Below, piece by piece: positions 31,391-41,863 of a DNA stretch of 64,000 bases. The DNA lies in assembly GCA_964646495.1 (NCBI GenBank), contig CAZYEO010000001.1:383-64382 (forward strand), written 5' to 3'. The notes beneath the pieces are model-generated. The model saw only the letters and a program-made list of their open reading frames with translations, was not told the origin of the DNA and searched no databases. The stretch is from an uncultured Muribaculaceae bacterium. Lineage in GTDB: Bacteria; Bacteroidota; Bacteroidia; Bacteroidales; Muribaculaceae. The stretch's first letter is position 1, and every line of letters starts with the position of its first letter. A program made the position numbers and the translations under genes.

Positions 31391-31433
31391 TGAATCGATG
31401 GAGCTTATTGCAATTGGGCGTTGAAATAATTAT
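31391..31433. repeat. Left copy of a perfect 43-bp direct repeat bracketing the PUL
   Basis: tgaatcgatggagcttattgcaattgggcgttgaaataattat is identical base for base to 54958-55000. Its last 4 nt overlap the stop codon of the regulator gene. Confidence 0.95.
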
Positions 31434-34351
31434 AATTTCTGGAGATATTCGGCGAGATTTGTATCTCTACTCAATTCCATCTTTTTGCGTAATCTGTACC
31501 GAGCCATTTCCACGCTTCGGAATGAAATATTCATAAGTGGTGCAATATCTTTTGAACATAGCCCCATTTTAAGATAAGCACATAGCCTCTGATCTCCCAA
31601 ATTCAGCTGTGGATACTGTTCAAGCAAGCGATTCATGTAATTTTCATAAACAATATCAAAGTTACGGATAAAATTGCGCCAATCGTCGTCGTGACTTATG
31701 CTCTCTTTTGTTATATTTTGAATTTTATTGAGTTGTTTGTTTGCCGAAATACTTAAACTACCATCATTTTCGCTTTCCTGTAATTTGGAAATCATAGCGG
31801 AAATATCCATTAATATTTCATTTTTACGAATCATATTCATGGTTATATTTGATAGCTCTTCTGATTTGCTCTTGATGTCATGCTCCAATTGTTCGTTCTT
31901 GAGGTGAGCTATTTCATAATTTTTGCGTATGGTCTCTTCTTCTGCTTTATGCTTTATTTCTTCTAATTCCTTTTCTTTGCGTTGCAGTATTGCGCGTGTG
32001 GCATCTTGGTATGATTTTTTTATGTATTTTATGGTAAATACTAATAGGATTATAAACATGATAAAATATACGCAATAAGCCCAAATACTTCTATACCAAG
32101 GAGGTAGAATTGTAATTTTTAAAGAATATTCAATGTTCTCACCATCGTATGTATCAATAGCCTTTATTCGTAATATATAGTTTCCTTCTGCCAATCGTGT
32201 GTATTCTTTGGTGTTGATGCGTGATAAAGAACTCCATTCTTCATCATATTTCTCAAGTAAACAACTGTACAGCACCGCATTTTCAGCCCGATATTCGGGC
32301 ATAGTGTAGATAAAACGCAATGAATTATGTTTATACGGTATATTTATGCATGTATCGTATTTCTCTTTCGTGGTATTGAAAATCAAAGAATCATTTTCAA
32401 CCGTTGAAAATATTTTAATTATAATATTGTGTTTTTCCTTCACATATTCTTTGTTGTCTTTTAATTTTATTTCGTAAAAACCATCTTGGTTTGAAATAAT
32501 AATTGATTGGTCGTTAATGAAATTCAAGTCGTTGAAACCGGCAATTATTTTATTAGAAAGTGGCTTGAAGCTTAATGAATCGACATCATATCCACCTCTG
32601 TTATTCCGATATGCTACCTGCAATAGATTATAAGAAATATTCCATATATCATTGTTTGTGGGTTGATATATTTTTGCACTTGGATTATTTTTGAAAAGAT
32701 TGTCTAATTTAGCATCACTTATAAATGAATCACTTTCGGCAACGTATTTGAAAAACCCTCCGGGTGAAGATATTATAAACTCATTGTTCACAATGTTAGG
32801 AATGTTATTATAATCGGCAGGAAGTCCTGTTGCTTTGTTGAATAACTTGTCAATGGTGAATTCTGATAAATTTTCGTTCAATATAAGCTTATATACACCC
32901 TTCATCCAATGTCCTATCCATATATTACCCCATTTATCTTCTATTACATTGCTCCCGGCTTCATTAAATCCATTTATTTTATTTGCTAAACTCCATACAC
33001 CGTTTTTGTTTTGGATAAGGTAGAAACTGTTATAGGTAAATGCAAGCGCATACCCCGGATGCTTTTTCAGCTTAGTTACAGACCATGTGCCGGGAATAGA
33101 TTTTATCTGCGACCATTGTCCATTTAAGTTTTGATATAATCCGGCATCGCAACATGCAAAAAGGCTTTTACCAATTGTATCAATACTCCACACTTGTCCC
33201 TTTATGATTGATTCCATTTCGGTGGGTTTTTTGTTAGACTCCAATGGATATACAGTAGAATATAGACCATGGTTAGTACCCATAAATAGAGTTTTGTCTA
33301 TGAGCAATGATGCATATCCTGCTCCATATATTGTAGGATTGCCTAATACGTTGGATATTGGAGAGTTATGCAGTACATAATCAATTCCATTGTCTAAGCC
33401 CAACCATATATTTTTAAGTTTATCTATATATATATTCAAAACGGTGTTATTTTGCATGCCGCTTAAAGTGTTGAGGAAAGTGCTCTCATTGGTATGACAG
33501 TCTTTTATTACTATTCCTAAATTCACTGTTCCGAATATTAAATTGTTATTGCTAATGGTGGCAGTAAATACTTGATTTTCTCGGAGAAAGGGATCAATAT
33601 CCAATTTTAACGGTTTTATTGAGTTTCCGTTATAACTATATACACCATCTAAAGATGTAACTATCAATAATTGATCGAATGGTAAGAAACTATTTAATAT
33701 TGCAACAACTTTTTTCCCTATTATAAATTCGTTTCCGTTTATTGGTATGAATTTATTACCGGAAAGCATATTTATCCCCTTGTTAATAGATGCCACATAT
33801 ATTTTATTGTCGATTAAGGCTGATGTAGTTATTTTATCATCGAAATGAATCGTAGAAGTTACATTGCCGTCATAACATAATAGATCGTAGTCGCTTTGAA
33901 ACCAATAATCATTATCTTTTTTGAAAATATTCCAGATTTCGGTCAAATGTATATTATCATCTTTTAGGGTAGGAATTAAACTATAATAGTCGAGGTCGCC
34001 ATTTATATTATTGTTCTGAAAATATCCAAATTCCGATGAACCACCAACGTATATACGACCATTCCTGTTGTCAATGTTTATCGAACGCACAGTTGTGTGG
34101 TTGGAATTATAGTGTTGTTCCCATGATTTACTATCAAAAGATAATAATCCTTTATCGTTGCCGAAATACATTCTCCCCAAACTATCCTGTGCAGCCGCCC
34201 AATTTTGAGTGCCAGCATTATAAAGCGATCTACTGAAATTTCTTACCAATGGATATGAAGCTTGCATTTCTAAATATGAAGATATAGCAATTATCATCAC
34301 TATGAATATCTTAAAATATCGAAATGAATGATTAAATATATCTTTTGTCAT
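31430..34351 (-). CDS. PUL regulator: periplasmic two-component-regulator-propeller / Y_Y_Y sensor domain, one TM, coiled coil and C-terminal LuxR(GerE)-type HTH (no kinase or receiver)
   Basis: 973 aa. It has repeated Reg_prop-like beta-propeller blades, a Y_Y_Y-like Ig region (YSCLLEKYDEEWS...GNYILRIKA) and a TM segment (IWAYCVYFIMFIILLVFTI). The C-terminal HTH is GDQRLCAYLKMGLCSKDIAPLMNISFRSVEMARYRLRKKM. Confidence 0.85.
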   Translation of the reverse strand: MTKDIFNHSFRYFKIFIVMIIAISSYLEMQASYPLVRNFSRSLYNAGTQNWAAAQDSLGRMYFGNDKGLLSFDSKSWEQHYNSNHTTVRSINIDNRNGRIYVGGSSEFGYFQNNNINGDLDYYSLIPTLKDDNIHLTEIWNIFKKDNDYWFQSDYDLLCYDGNVTSTIHFDDKITTSALIDNKIYVASINKGINMLSGNKFIPINGNEFIIGKKVVAILNSFLPFDQLLIVTSLDGVYSYNGNSIKPLKLDIDPFLRENQVFTATISNNNLIFGTVNLGIVIKDCHTNESTFLNTLSGMQNNTVLNIYIDKLKNIWLGLDNGIDYVLHNSPISNVLGNPTIYGAGYASLLIDKTLFMGTNHGLYSTVYPLESNKKPTEMESIIKGQVWSIDTIGKSLFACCDAGLYQNLNGQWSQIKSIPGTWSVTKLKKHPGYALAFTYNSFYLIQNKNGVWSLANKINGFNEAGSNVIEDKWGNIWIGHWMKGVYKLILNENLSEFTIDKLFNKATGLPADYNNIPNIVNNEFIISSPGGFFKYVAESDSFISDAKLDNLFKNNPSAKIYQPTNNDIWNISYNLLQVAYRNNRGGYDVDSLSFKPLSNKIIAGFNDLNFINDQSIIISNQDGFYEIKLKDNKEYVKEKHNIIIKIFSTVENDSLIFNTTKEKYDTCINIPYKHNSLRFIYTMPEYRAENAVLYSCLLEKYDEEWSSLSRINTKEYTRLAEGNYILRIKAIDTYDGENIEYSLKITILPPWYRSIWAYCVYFIMFIILLVFTIKYIKKSYQDATRAILQRKEKELEEIKHKAEEETIRKNYEIAHLKNEQLEHDIKSKSEELSNITMNMIRKNEILMDISAMISKLQESENDGSLSISANKQLNKIQNITKESISHDDDWRNFIRNFDIVYENYMNRLLEQYPQLNLGDQRLCAYLKMGLCSKDIAPLMNISFRSVEMARYRLRKKMELSRDTNLAEYLQKL

Positions 34352-34414
34352 TACTTATTGCTTGTTTAAATAAGAATGTGTTTTTTAACAAATGAATTAT
34401 ATTAATAATTTAGT

Positions 34415-34422
34415 CAAATATA
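34415..34422 (-). promoter_or_regulatory. Bacteroidetes -7 box TATATTTG for the regulator gene
   Basis: Plus-strand CAAATATA, 64 nt upstream of the ATG at 34351. Confidence 0.35.
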
Positions 34423-34456
34423 TAAAAAATAATATTGTTGATGTGTTGGTTCGCTT

Positions 34457-34470
34457 ATGTTGTACAACAT
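34457..34470. promoter_or_regulatory. Perfect 14-bp palindrome ATGTTGTACAACAT, candidate operator in the regulator-susC intergenic region
   Basis: It was read directly from the sequence. It sits between the divergent regulator and susC-like genes. Dimeric LuxR-type HTH proteins typically bind palindromes. Confidence 0.35.
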
Positions 34471-34595
34471 ATTTTATGTAAATTACTGATAAACAGTGAA
34501 TTTATAGATATATGTTTAGTTTTTGTAGTATGAATATATAAGGTATGTTGAGTTTTTTATGAATATATTTTTATTCATTATATGTAATATATGTT

Positions 34596-34603
34596 TAGTT
34601 TTG
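34596..34603 (+). promoter_or_regulatory. Bacteroidetes -7 box TAGTTTTG for the susC-like operon
   Basis: It matches TAnnTTTG 99 nt upstream of the susC-like ATG. It lies within the second copy of the 16-bp direct repeat atatatgtttagtttt. Confidence 0.4.
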
Positions 34604-34701
34604 CAATGTGATTTCGCCATAATATAAAGCAAGTCACAAAAATCTTAAATATAGAATAAAATTATTAACAAAAATGATTTAATACCAAACCCCAATATTT
34701 T

Positions 34702-37700
34702 ATGAATAAAAAGATATTATGCTTATGCTTTTTGTTATTTGCGTCAATAGGTATTGCGCAAAATCTAAAAGTTCAAGGAACAGTAACGCAGGCTGAAGAT
34801 GGAGAGCCTCTTGTAGGTGCTCCTGTGCTTGTAAAAGGTAATCCATCTCTATCGGTTACAACAGATATTGATGGCAATTACATTATCAATGTGCCTATGG
34901 GAAAAACTTTAGTTTTTTCATATATAGGATGTAAACCTATTGAAAAAGTAATAAACGAATCACAACAATTAAATGTGCAACTCACAGCCGAGAGCCACAT
35001 GCTCGATGAAGTTGTGGCAATAGGTTATGGAACCATGAAAAAAAGTGATTTAACGGGTGCTGTCTCAACTATATCATCCGATAAATTGCAGAAAACGCCT
35101 GCCGCCAGTCTCGCCAATGCTTTGCAAGGACAAGCAGCCGGAGTGTCAGTAAACTCTAATACCGGTCAGCCGGGCGCCGCACCCGAGGTGAGAATACGTG
35201 GTGTAGGGACTATTAATGGAGCATCACCTATATATGTAGTAGATGGAGTGATTGTAGAAGATATCTCGTTTTTGTCACCCAATGACATAGAGCACACAGA
35301 GGTGCTGAAAGATGCCTCAGCAACAGCTATTTATGGTTCGCGTGGAGCAAACGGTGTAATCATTGTTACCACTCGTGGAGGTAAAGTAAATAAAAAAACA
35401 AACATTACATTAGATGCATATATCGGTTTGCAACAACGATACCGTAAACTCGATGTAATGAATGCAAAGCAATTTGCTGATACTTATGTGGCTATCAATG
35501 GCAATAAATCTTCGCGTAAGGTATATGAAGAACAAGGATTTAATAAATGGTTGGGAATATATCAAGGAATAAATTCATCAATCTATCACCCTACCATATA
35601 TGATGCAGAGAAAAATCCCAATGGTTTGGATTATTCTAAAATTGATACCGATTGGCAAGATGAAGTATTTCGCGATGCAATGATTCAAAATTACCACTTA
35701 GCATTTGATGGTGGTAGCGAAAAAACAACTTACTCCATGTCAGGCAGTTGGTATTCTCAGGATGGTACTATTATGGGTAGTAATTATCAGCGTTTGACGG
35801 TGCGATTAAACACTTCACATAAAGTAACTGACTGGTTGAAGATTGGAGAAAATATATCATTTATGAGTTCTACTTCTCGTTCATCGCTCAATAATAGTGA
35901 ATCGGCAGGTGCATCAATATTATCAGCAGCATTAGCAATGGCTCCGTGGGATCCTGTAAGATACCCCCAAGGTTCAGTGAATAAAAATGGTAAAGATTTA
36001 AGTGGAGGGATAAGTGCAGGTTCTAATTTTAAGAATGTAACCAATCCATATAGTATGGTTGAATATTCGCATCCTTCTAACCGTAGCGAACGATTTGTAG
36101 GCATTGTCTATGCAGAATTGACTCCTATTAAAAATCTTACTTTGCGCTCAAGCTATAGTTTTGATTATAACATAACTACAGCCAAGCTATTTAAAGATAA
36201 ATATGAGGTATCAGCTTACGATAAATCGGACAAAAATTTCTTATCATCAGATATTTTCCGCTATTATAATTGGAATGTAGATAATATTGCTACTTACACC
36301 AATTCTATCAATGATCATGATTTTTCGGTTATGGCAGGACAAACTATTGAGGAATATAACACTTATGGTATAGGTAACTCGGGTTCGTCAATTCTTAATC
36401 CAGAAGAACGTAATTGGTACTTATCGCAAGTGACCGATGATTTTGGTCGCCCAGGAGACACTGTGGGTCGTAGTCGTAGATTCTCATTTTTAGGGCGTTT
36501 ATATTACAGTTTCAAAAACCGTTATATGCTGACTGTCAATTTCCGTGCTGACGGTAGTAGCAAATTTGCTGAAAAGCCATGGGGTTATTTCCCATCTACT
36601 GCTCTTGCTTGGAGAATCAGCGAAGAATCTTTCATGAAAGATATTACTACCCTCGACATGTTGAAGCTTCGTGTAGGTTGGGGTAAGGTAGGTAACGATA
36701 AGATCAATGACAATGCGTTTATCCTAAACATGTTTAATCAAGGTCCATCATTTGTCGATTATGTATTTGGTAAAGATCAACAACTTGCCAATGGTGCCAC
36801 TGTACTTACATGGATAAATAATGGTGGTCACTGGGAGAATACCGAACAATGGAGTTTAGGCGTAGATTTCGGATTATGGGGATCAAGACTCACCGGGTCG
36901 GTGGATTTATTTATACGCAACACCAATGACATGCTAATTGGAGTCACTGCTCCGGCTCATGTGGGTAACCGTTATGCAGGTATGAGCAACGTTGGAACAG
37001 TGAGCAACAAAGGTGTTGAATTAACTTTGGATTATCGTAATAATATAGGTGATTTAAGTTACTCCGTTGGTGGAAACATATCATTTATCAAAAATAAAAT
37101 GACCGGTCTTAATGGTGGATCACCAGTGTATGGCGGCTATTCTAATATTACAGTTGTGAATGAAGGATATCCATTATATTATTTCTGGGGATATCAATAC
37201 GACGGAATGTTCCGCACAGACGAAGAAGCACTTGAATATCTTCATGGATATACTGCCAATGACATCCCTTTCCATGCCGGAGATGCTAAATATCGTGATG
37301 TTAGTGGCGATGGTAAAATCGATGATAAAGACCGTGTGGATTTAGGTTCAAGTATTCCTACCATTAATTATGGTATAAATATTGGTGCCGGCTATAAGGG
37401 ATTTGATCTCCAATTATTTTTCCAAGGAGTAGGTGGAAATAAAATTTACAATCAAGTACGCCATCGTTTAGAGAGCACAGGTACAACATCTGTTCTTTCC
37501 CCTATAATGGTTGATGCATGGACTACAAATAATCCTGATGGAACAATTCCAAACCCCAAAAACTCAATCAATTACTATGCGTCAAGCCGTTTTCTTGAGA
37601 GCGGGGCGTATTTCAGGTTGAAAAATCTGCAAATCGGTTATACTCTTCCTGCTGCAATTTCAAAAAAAGCATTCTTGCAAAATTGCCGATTCTATCTTCA

Positions 37701-37824
37701 AGGTAGCAACCTCTTTACCATTACTAAATATAATGGTTATGATCCAGAAGTTGGCGGTGGCATAGACTATGGAAACTATCCTCAATCGCGTACTTATATC
37801 TTTGGTGTCAATATTACTTACTAA
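34702..37824 (+). CDS. SusC/RagA-family TonB-linked outer-membrane transporter
   Basis: 1040 aa. It has a signal peptide, a CarbopepD_reg-like N-terminus (VQGTVTQAEDGEPLVGAPVLVKG), a SusC-type plug (DEVVAIGYGTMKKSDLTGAVS; NGASPIYVVDGV) and the terminal FGVNITY. A SusD gene follows immediately. Confidence 0.95.
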   Translation: MNKKILCLCFLLFASIGIAQNLKVQGTVTQAEDGEPLVGAPVLVKGNPSLSVTTDIDGNYIINVPMGKTLVFSYIGCKPIEKVINESQQLNVQLTAESHMLDEVVAIGYGTMKKSDLTGAVSTISSDKLQKTPAASLANALQGQAAGVSVNSNTGQPGAAPEVRIRGVGTINGASPIYVVDGVIVEDISFLSPNDIEHTEVLKDASATAIYGSRGANGVIIVTTRGGKVNKKTNITLDAYIGLQQRYRKLDVMNAKQFADTYVAINGNKSSRKVYEEQGFNKWLGIYQGINSSIYHPTIYDAEKNPNGLDYSKIDTDWQDEVFRDAMIQNYHLAFDGGSEKTTYSMSGSWYSQDGTIMGSNYQRLTVRLNTSHKVTDWLKIGENISFMSSTSRSSLNNSESAGASILSAALAMAPWDPVRYPQGSVNKNGKDLSGGISAGSNFKNVTNPYSMVEYSHPSNRSERFVGIVYAELTPIKNLTLRSSYSFDYNITTAKLFKDKYEVSAYDKSDKNFLSSDIFRYYNWNVDNIATYTNSINDHDFSVMAGQTIEEYNTYGIGNSGSSILNPEERNWYLSQVTDDFGRPGDTVGRSRRFSFLGRLYYSFKNRYMLTVNFRADGSSKFAEKPWGYFPSTALAWRISEESFMKDITTLDMLKLRVGWGKVGNDKINDNAFILNMFNQGPSFVDYVFGKDQQLANGATVLTWINNGGHWENTEQWSLGVDFGLWGSRLTGSVDLFIRNTNDMLIGVTAPAHVGNRYAGMSNVGTVSNKGVELTLDYRNNIGDLSYSVGGNISFIKNKMTGLNGGSPVYGGYSNITVVNEGYPLYYFWGYQYDGMFRTDEEALEYLHGYTANDIPFHAGDAKYRDVSGDGKIDDKDRVDLGSSIPTINYGINIGAGYKGFDLQLFFQGVGGNKIYNQVRHRLESTGTTSVLSPIMVDAWTTNNPDGTIPNPKNSINYYASSRFLESGAYFRLKNLQIGYTLPAAISKKAFLQNCRFYLQGSNLFTITKYNGYDPEVGGGIDYGNYPQSRTYIFGVNITY

Positions 37825-37839
37825 TAAAACTCATTAACG

Positions 37840-39447
37840 ATGAAATTTCAAAAAAATATATATATAGTAGCTTTTGCTTTTGGCTTGCTTATGTCGTTTT
37901 CTTCCTGTAATGGGTGGCTTAAAGAGCCATCGCCAGGCAAAACAGAATTACCCGACTTCTTTACAGGCGGAAAGGCAGCTATCCAATGTGTGAATGCAGC
38001 TTATACCCCTCTTGCATGGGAATATAATAAAACATATTGTTCGGAATGGTTTATCGGAGATATAGCATCTGATGATGCACTCAAAGGTGGACAAAATGTT
38101 GCTGACGGACAGCCATATTATGATATCGAGAACTTTAAGGTGAATGCCAATAATGAATTGTTGCTCGATTTCTATCGTGGGCAATATCAAGGCATAGCCC
38201 GTTGTAATCTTGCAATTAAGGAGATACCTAATGTTGATCCTGATGAGGATATGACAGAAGCCCGCAAAGATTGTCTTATAGGCGAAGCTTATTTCTTGCG
38301 TGCATTATATTATTTTCGTCTTGTAAGAATATATGGAGGCGTACCATTGGTTGACTTTGTGATAGATAGTTCAGAAAAATGGCAACAACCTCGCGCTTCA
38401 AAGGAAGATGTATATAATCACATTATAATTGATCTTGCTAAAGCTAAAGATCTCCTTTGGGAGAAGTCAGCCTATGCTGATGCTGATCTTGGGCGTGCTA
38501 CTCGTGGTGCAGCGATTGCAATGCTTATGAAAACGTACCTATGCATGCATGATTATGCAAATGCTTATAAATATGGCAAATTATTCATGGAGGAGGAAAA
38601 TCAAAAACAATATTCTCTATGCAACAGATATTTAGACAACTTCACTCTTGCTGGTGAAAATGGTGTAGAATCTGTATTTGAAATACAATATATGGCTGAG
38701 GGTACGAGTGACTATGGAGAAGGGTTCGGGTTCACACGCGGTACATTCACCACAATATTGGTTCGTCCTCGTCTGAGCAGTTTAGGAGGCAGAAGCGGGT
38801 GGGGGTTCAATCATCCTACCAAAAATTTATATGATGAATATGAGATAGGTGATCCTCGTCGTGAAATTACCATCGGTGTACCAAGTGAGTCTGATCTCGA
38901 AAATGTAGAAGTGTCATATTTAGGTAACTACTATTATAATTTGAAGTATTCTTATTATGATTGGGATCTTAAACAATTTCCGGCTACCGATCATGCCACT
39001 CGTTCACCACTTAACTATAAATTGATAAGATTATCGGATGTAATGTTGATGTTTGCCGAGGCATCTGTAGAAACGGGTGATAATACAAGCGCAAAAAAGA
39101 TGCTTGAGGATGTCCGTAGCCGAGCACGTCAGAATTCTGATGTAAATAATGTACTTCCTTCGTTCCCAGGCTACAATGGATATGCCGACAATTCCGATGA
39201 TCTTCGTAAAGCAATCCGCCACGAGCGCCGTGTGGAGCTTGCAATGGAGGGACATCGCTGGTTCGACCTGGTACGTTGGGGCATCGCTTACGAAGTATTA
39301 GACAAGACAAACGGTTCATACCCTCGGACAGAAACTCAAGAGGCACGAGATGAAATGGCATCATTCATTCAAGGTAAAAACGAGCTATTCCCGTTGCCAT
39401 CAGAAGAAATCCATCTTAATCCGATGGATCAAAACGAAGGATATTAA
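37840..39447 (+). CDS. SusD/RagB-family nutrient-binding outer-membrane lipoprotein
   Basis: 535 aa. It has a lipoprotein signal (LLMSFSSC), a TPR-like SusD fold pattern (RALYYFRLVRIYGGVPL; ERRVELAMEGHRWFDLVRWG) and sits 15 nt after the susC-like gene. Confidence 0.95.
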   Translation: MKFQKNIYIVAFAFGLLMSFSSCNGWLKEPSPGKTELPDFFTGGKAAIQCVNAAYTPLAWEYNKTYCSEWFIGDIASDDALKGGQNVADGQPYYDIENFKVNANNELLLDFYRGQYQGIARCNLAIKEIPNVDPDEDMTEARKDCLIGEAYFLRALYYFRLVRIYGGVPLVDFVIDSSEKWQQPRASKEDVYNHIIIDLAKAKDLLWEKSAYADADLGRATRGAAIAMLMKTYLCMHDYANAYKYGKLFMEEENQKQYSLCNRYLDNFTLAGENGVESVFEIQYMAEGTSDYGEGFGFTRGTFTTILVRPRLSSLGGRSGWGFNHPTKNLYDEYEIGDPRREITIGVPSESDLENVEVSYLGNYYYNLKYSYYDWDLKQFPATDHATRSPLNYKLIRLSDVMLMFAEASVETGDNTSAKKMLEDVRSRARQNSDVNNVLPSFPGYNGYADNSDDLRKAIRHERRVELAMEGHRWFDLVRWGIAYEVLDKTNGSYPRTETQEARDEMASFIQGKNELFPLPSEEIHLNPMDQNEGY

Positions 39448-39462
39448 TAAACTTAAAAAAGC

Positions 39463-39490
39463 AATAGGCGGATAATTCCGTCCGCCTATT
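39463..39490 (+). terminator. Intra-operon hairpin after the susD-like gene (attenuator/processing site)
   Basis: 10-bp perfect stem, aataggcgga (39463-39472) with tccgcctatt (39481-39490). There is no strong T-tract. Confidence 0.45.
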
Positions 39491-39523
39491 CTAAATATTA
39501 TTAACTTATAAAAATAATTTATT

Positions 39524-40495
39524 ATGAAAAAGATGACTCTTTTTGCTGCTGTGGCAGCACTCAGCATTGGTATGATCAATGCACAAGATTTTGTAACCGA
39601 CAAACCCGGATTATCAGGTCCAAAAGCCGCCGGAGCTGTGTTTGACGTATTGCAATTAGATCCAATTTCGGTTGAAAGTTTGAAAACAGCAGGGAAAACA
39701 GTAAATGATTTTTCTCTTGACAACACTACTCGTTGCTGGTATATATGGACTGATACATTTAAAGCCGGAGAATCGAGCAATCCTGGTGTTGATGATCAAA
39801 CAGAAGGATATATATCAATGGAAGTACTAAATCAAGGATGGTCGGGTGCAGGTTTTTGTATTCTTGATGGATCGCCGATTGATTTGTCACATGTAAGCGA
39901 GGATACGCATTTCCATATGGGTCTTAATACATATAATGCTCCTGCAAGTGTAGCAGTAATAGCGTTTGATGGTAAAGATTTTGCAGATCCTAAAAACCCT
40001 GTTGCATCAGCACCATTTAAAGGTTCAGTAGGTAAAACTGCTTTTGTTGATAATGGAGCTACTTTTCCTCTTCTTGGTAATTTTGGAACAGGAGAAAATG
40101 AAGGTGAATGGGTAGCTATAGATATTACGCTTAAAGATATGAAAAAAATGTGGCCGTCTTTTAATTTTAATGGCACGAAAGCATGGGCAGGTAACATCTT
40201 TGCTATTTTAGCAGGTGGCGTTCCTGGAACCGCTGTACAAATTGATGCCGTATATTTTTATACTCCAAGCGGAAGTGGTAGCGTAGGTAGCATATCATCT
40301 GATGATGTAGCTATCATAGTTTCAGATAAGACTATCAGTGCAGCAGGAACAGATAATGCACCTATGCAATTGATAAATATGGGTGGTCAAACCGTGAAAA
40401 CTTCTAACACTTCAATTATGGGTGTTGAGAATATTGCTAACGGTATTTACATCGTAAAAACTGCCGGTGTTACTAAAAAGGTAATTATTAAATAA
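39524..40495 (+). CDS. PUL-encoded putative surface glycan-binding protein with T9SS C-terminal sorting domain
   Basis: 323 aa. It has a signal peptide MKKMTLFAAVAALSIGMINAQ (no lipobox Cys) and no recognisable catalytic motif. The C-terminus is ...MGVENIANGIYIVKTAGVTKKVIIK (Por_Secre_tail type). It occupies the position after susD that SGBPs normally take. Confidence 0.65.
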   Translation: MKKMTLFAAVAALSIGMINAQDFVTDKPGLSGPKAAGAVFDVLQLDPISVESLKTAGKTVNDFSLDNTTRCWYIWTDTFKAGESSNPGVDDQTEGYISMEVLNQGWSGAGFCILDGSPIDLSHVSEDTHFHMGLNTYNAPASVAVIAFDGKDFADPKNPVASAPFKGSVGKTAFVDNGATFPLLGNFGTGENEGEWVAIDITLKDMKKMWPSFNFNGTKAWAGNIFAILAGGVPGTAVQIDAVYFYTPSGSGSVGSISSDDVAIIVSDKTISAAGTDNAPMQLINMGGQTVKTSNTSIMGVENIANGIYIVKTAGVTKKVIIK

Positions 40496-40516
40496 TAGTA
40501 TGATTTAGTTTTACAG

Positions 40517-40554
40517 AAGTGGCGGACTAATTATGTTTGCCCGCCACTTTTTTA
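40517..40554 (+). terminator. Rho-independent terminator/attenuator inside the PUL
   Basis: The stem pairs aagtggcgg (40517-40525) with ccgccactt (40541-40549) and is followed by TTTTTTA. Confidence 0.6.
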
Positions 40555-40654
40555 CCTATACATATCTATATACAACTATATTCTAATGAAACACATGCTA
40601 TTGCTCGCATGTCAATGAGCATAATTTATATAATTCTTAACAATAATAATTCTA

Positions 40655-41839
40655 ATGAAATCCATATATCTACTTTTCTGTGTACTAATCGGTTTTTTCT
40701 CTTCTGCCACAATTCTTGCTGCCAACGATCAAAATGGCTCCGGAGAGACTGATGGATATAAGTTGGTGTGGCAAGATCTTTTTGATGCTTCAGAAATCAA
40801 TCCTATGCGCTGGGAAATAGAAGTAAATGGTGAGGGGGGTGGTAATAATGAATTACAGTATTACACCGACGACGATAAAAATGTGCGTCTTGCTAAAGAT
40901 GCAGATGGCAATGGTTGCCTTATACTTTCGGCTATAAGAGAATCATATTTAGGAAAAAACTTCACATCAGGGCGTATAATATCTAAAAACCGTATTGCAT
41001 TCACGCATGGTAAAATAGAAGCATCTATTAAACTTCCAAACACAGCCAATGGATTATGGCCGGCATTTTGGATGATGGGAAATGATTTCGACATGGTAGG
41101 GTGGCCGAAGTGTGGCGAAATAGATATAATGGAATTTGGTAACATTACCGGAATAAACGCCGGCACACAAGATCGTTATTTTAATGGCGCATGCCACTGG
41201 GGACCATCTTGGGAAAATCATCCAATGTATGCAAATGCCATTACCAATGAGTATAGTTTGCAAGATGGACAATTTCATCTTTATACCCTTATTTGGACTG
41301 AGAATAAGATAACAATGTATGTGGATTATGATAAAAATCCTACAAAAAAGCCATATTACGAAATGGATATTACCTATCAAGGTGAAAACATTTGGTCGCC
41401 GAGCAATTATTTTCATAAAGAAAATTTCATATTATTCAATCTTGCTGTGGGTGGTAATTTTACAGGCATACACAATGCTGACAGAATTACAGCATTAGGG
41501 TCAGCAAAAGGGAGTGTGGCTAATATGTATGTAAACTATGTTCGGATTTATCAAAAAGGGACTCCCGATGAATCTACTAATTTTCAAGATGCCGGAGATT
41601 CTCCTGCCGGAATCAATGAAATTGAAATCGATAAGGATAACTCAATTATGATATGTACATCCAATAAAGTAACATTACCATTTGTGGCAAAATTCACTGT
41701 ATATGATATGTTGGGAGGTAAAGTATTAGAAGAGCAAAGTTCATATATACTACTCGACAATTTATCATCTGGAATTTATATCGTGAAAGCTGTAGCCGAA
41801 AATGGTAGTGTATATACAAATAAGGTAATAAAAAAATAA
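40655..41839 (+). CDS. GH16 endo-beta-1,3-glucanase (laminarinase) with T9SS C-terminal sorting domain
   Basis: 394 aa with a signal peptide. GH16 laminarinase motifs are ELQYYT, WPAFWMMG and the catalytic GEIDIMEF (ExDxxE). The C-terminus is ...LSSGIYIVKAVAENGSVYTNKVIKK. Confidence 0.9.
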   Translation: MKSIYLLFCVLIGFFSSATILAANDQNGSGETDGYKLVWQDLFDASEINPMRWEIEVNGEGGGNNELQYYTDDDKNVRLAKDADGNGCLILSAIRESYLGKNFTSGRIISKNRIAFTHGKIEASIKLPNTANGLWPAFWMMGNDFDMVGWPKCGEIDIMEFGNITGINAGTQDRYFNGACHWGPSWENHPMYANAITNEYSLQDGQFHLYTLIWTENKITMYVDYDKNPTKKPYYEMDITYQGENIWSPSNYFHKENFILFNLAVGGNFTGIHNADRITALGSAKGSVANMYVNYVRIYQKGTPDESTNFQDAGDSPAGINEIEIDKDNSIMICTSNKVTLPFVAKFTVYDMLGGKVLEEQSSYILLDNLSSGIYIVKAVAENGSVYTNKVIKK

Positions 41840-41863
41840 AAAAATTAAGATAAAGCGATATAT

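Noticed and set aside
39400-39780. 126-aa minus-strand ORF spanning the susD end and the next gene's start
   Set aside because: It is antisense to two well-supported genes and crosses an intergenic hairpin. It has no motifs.
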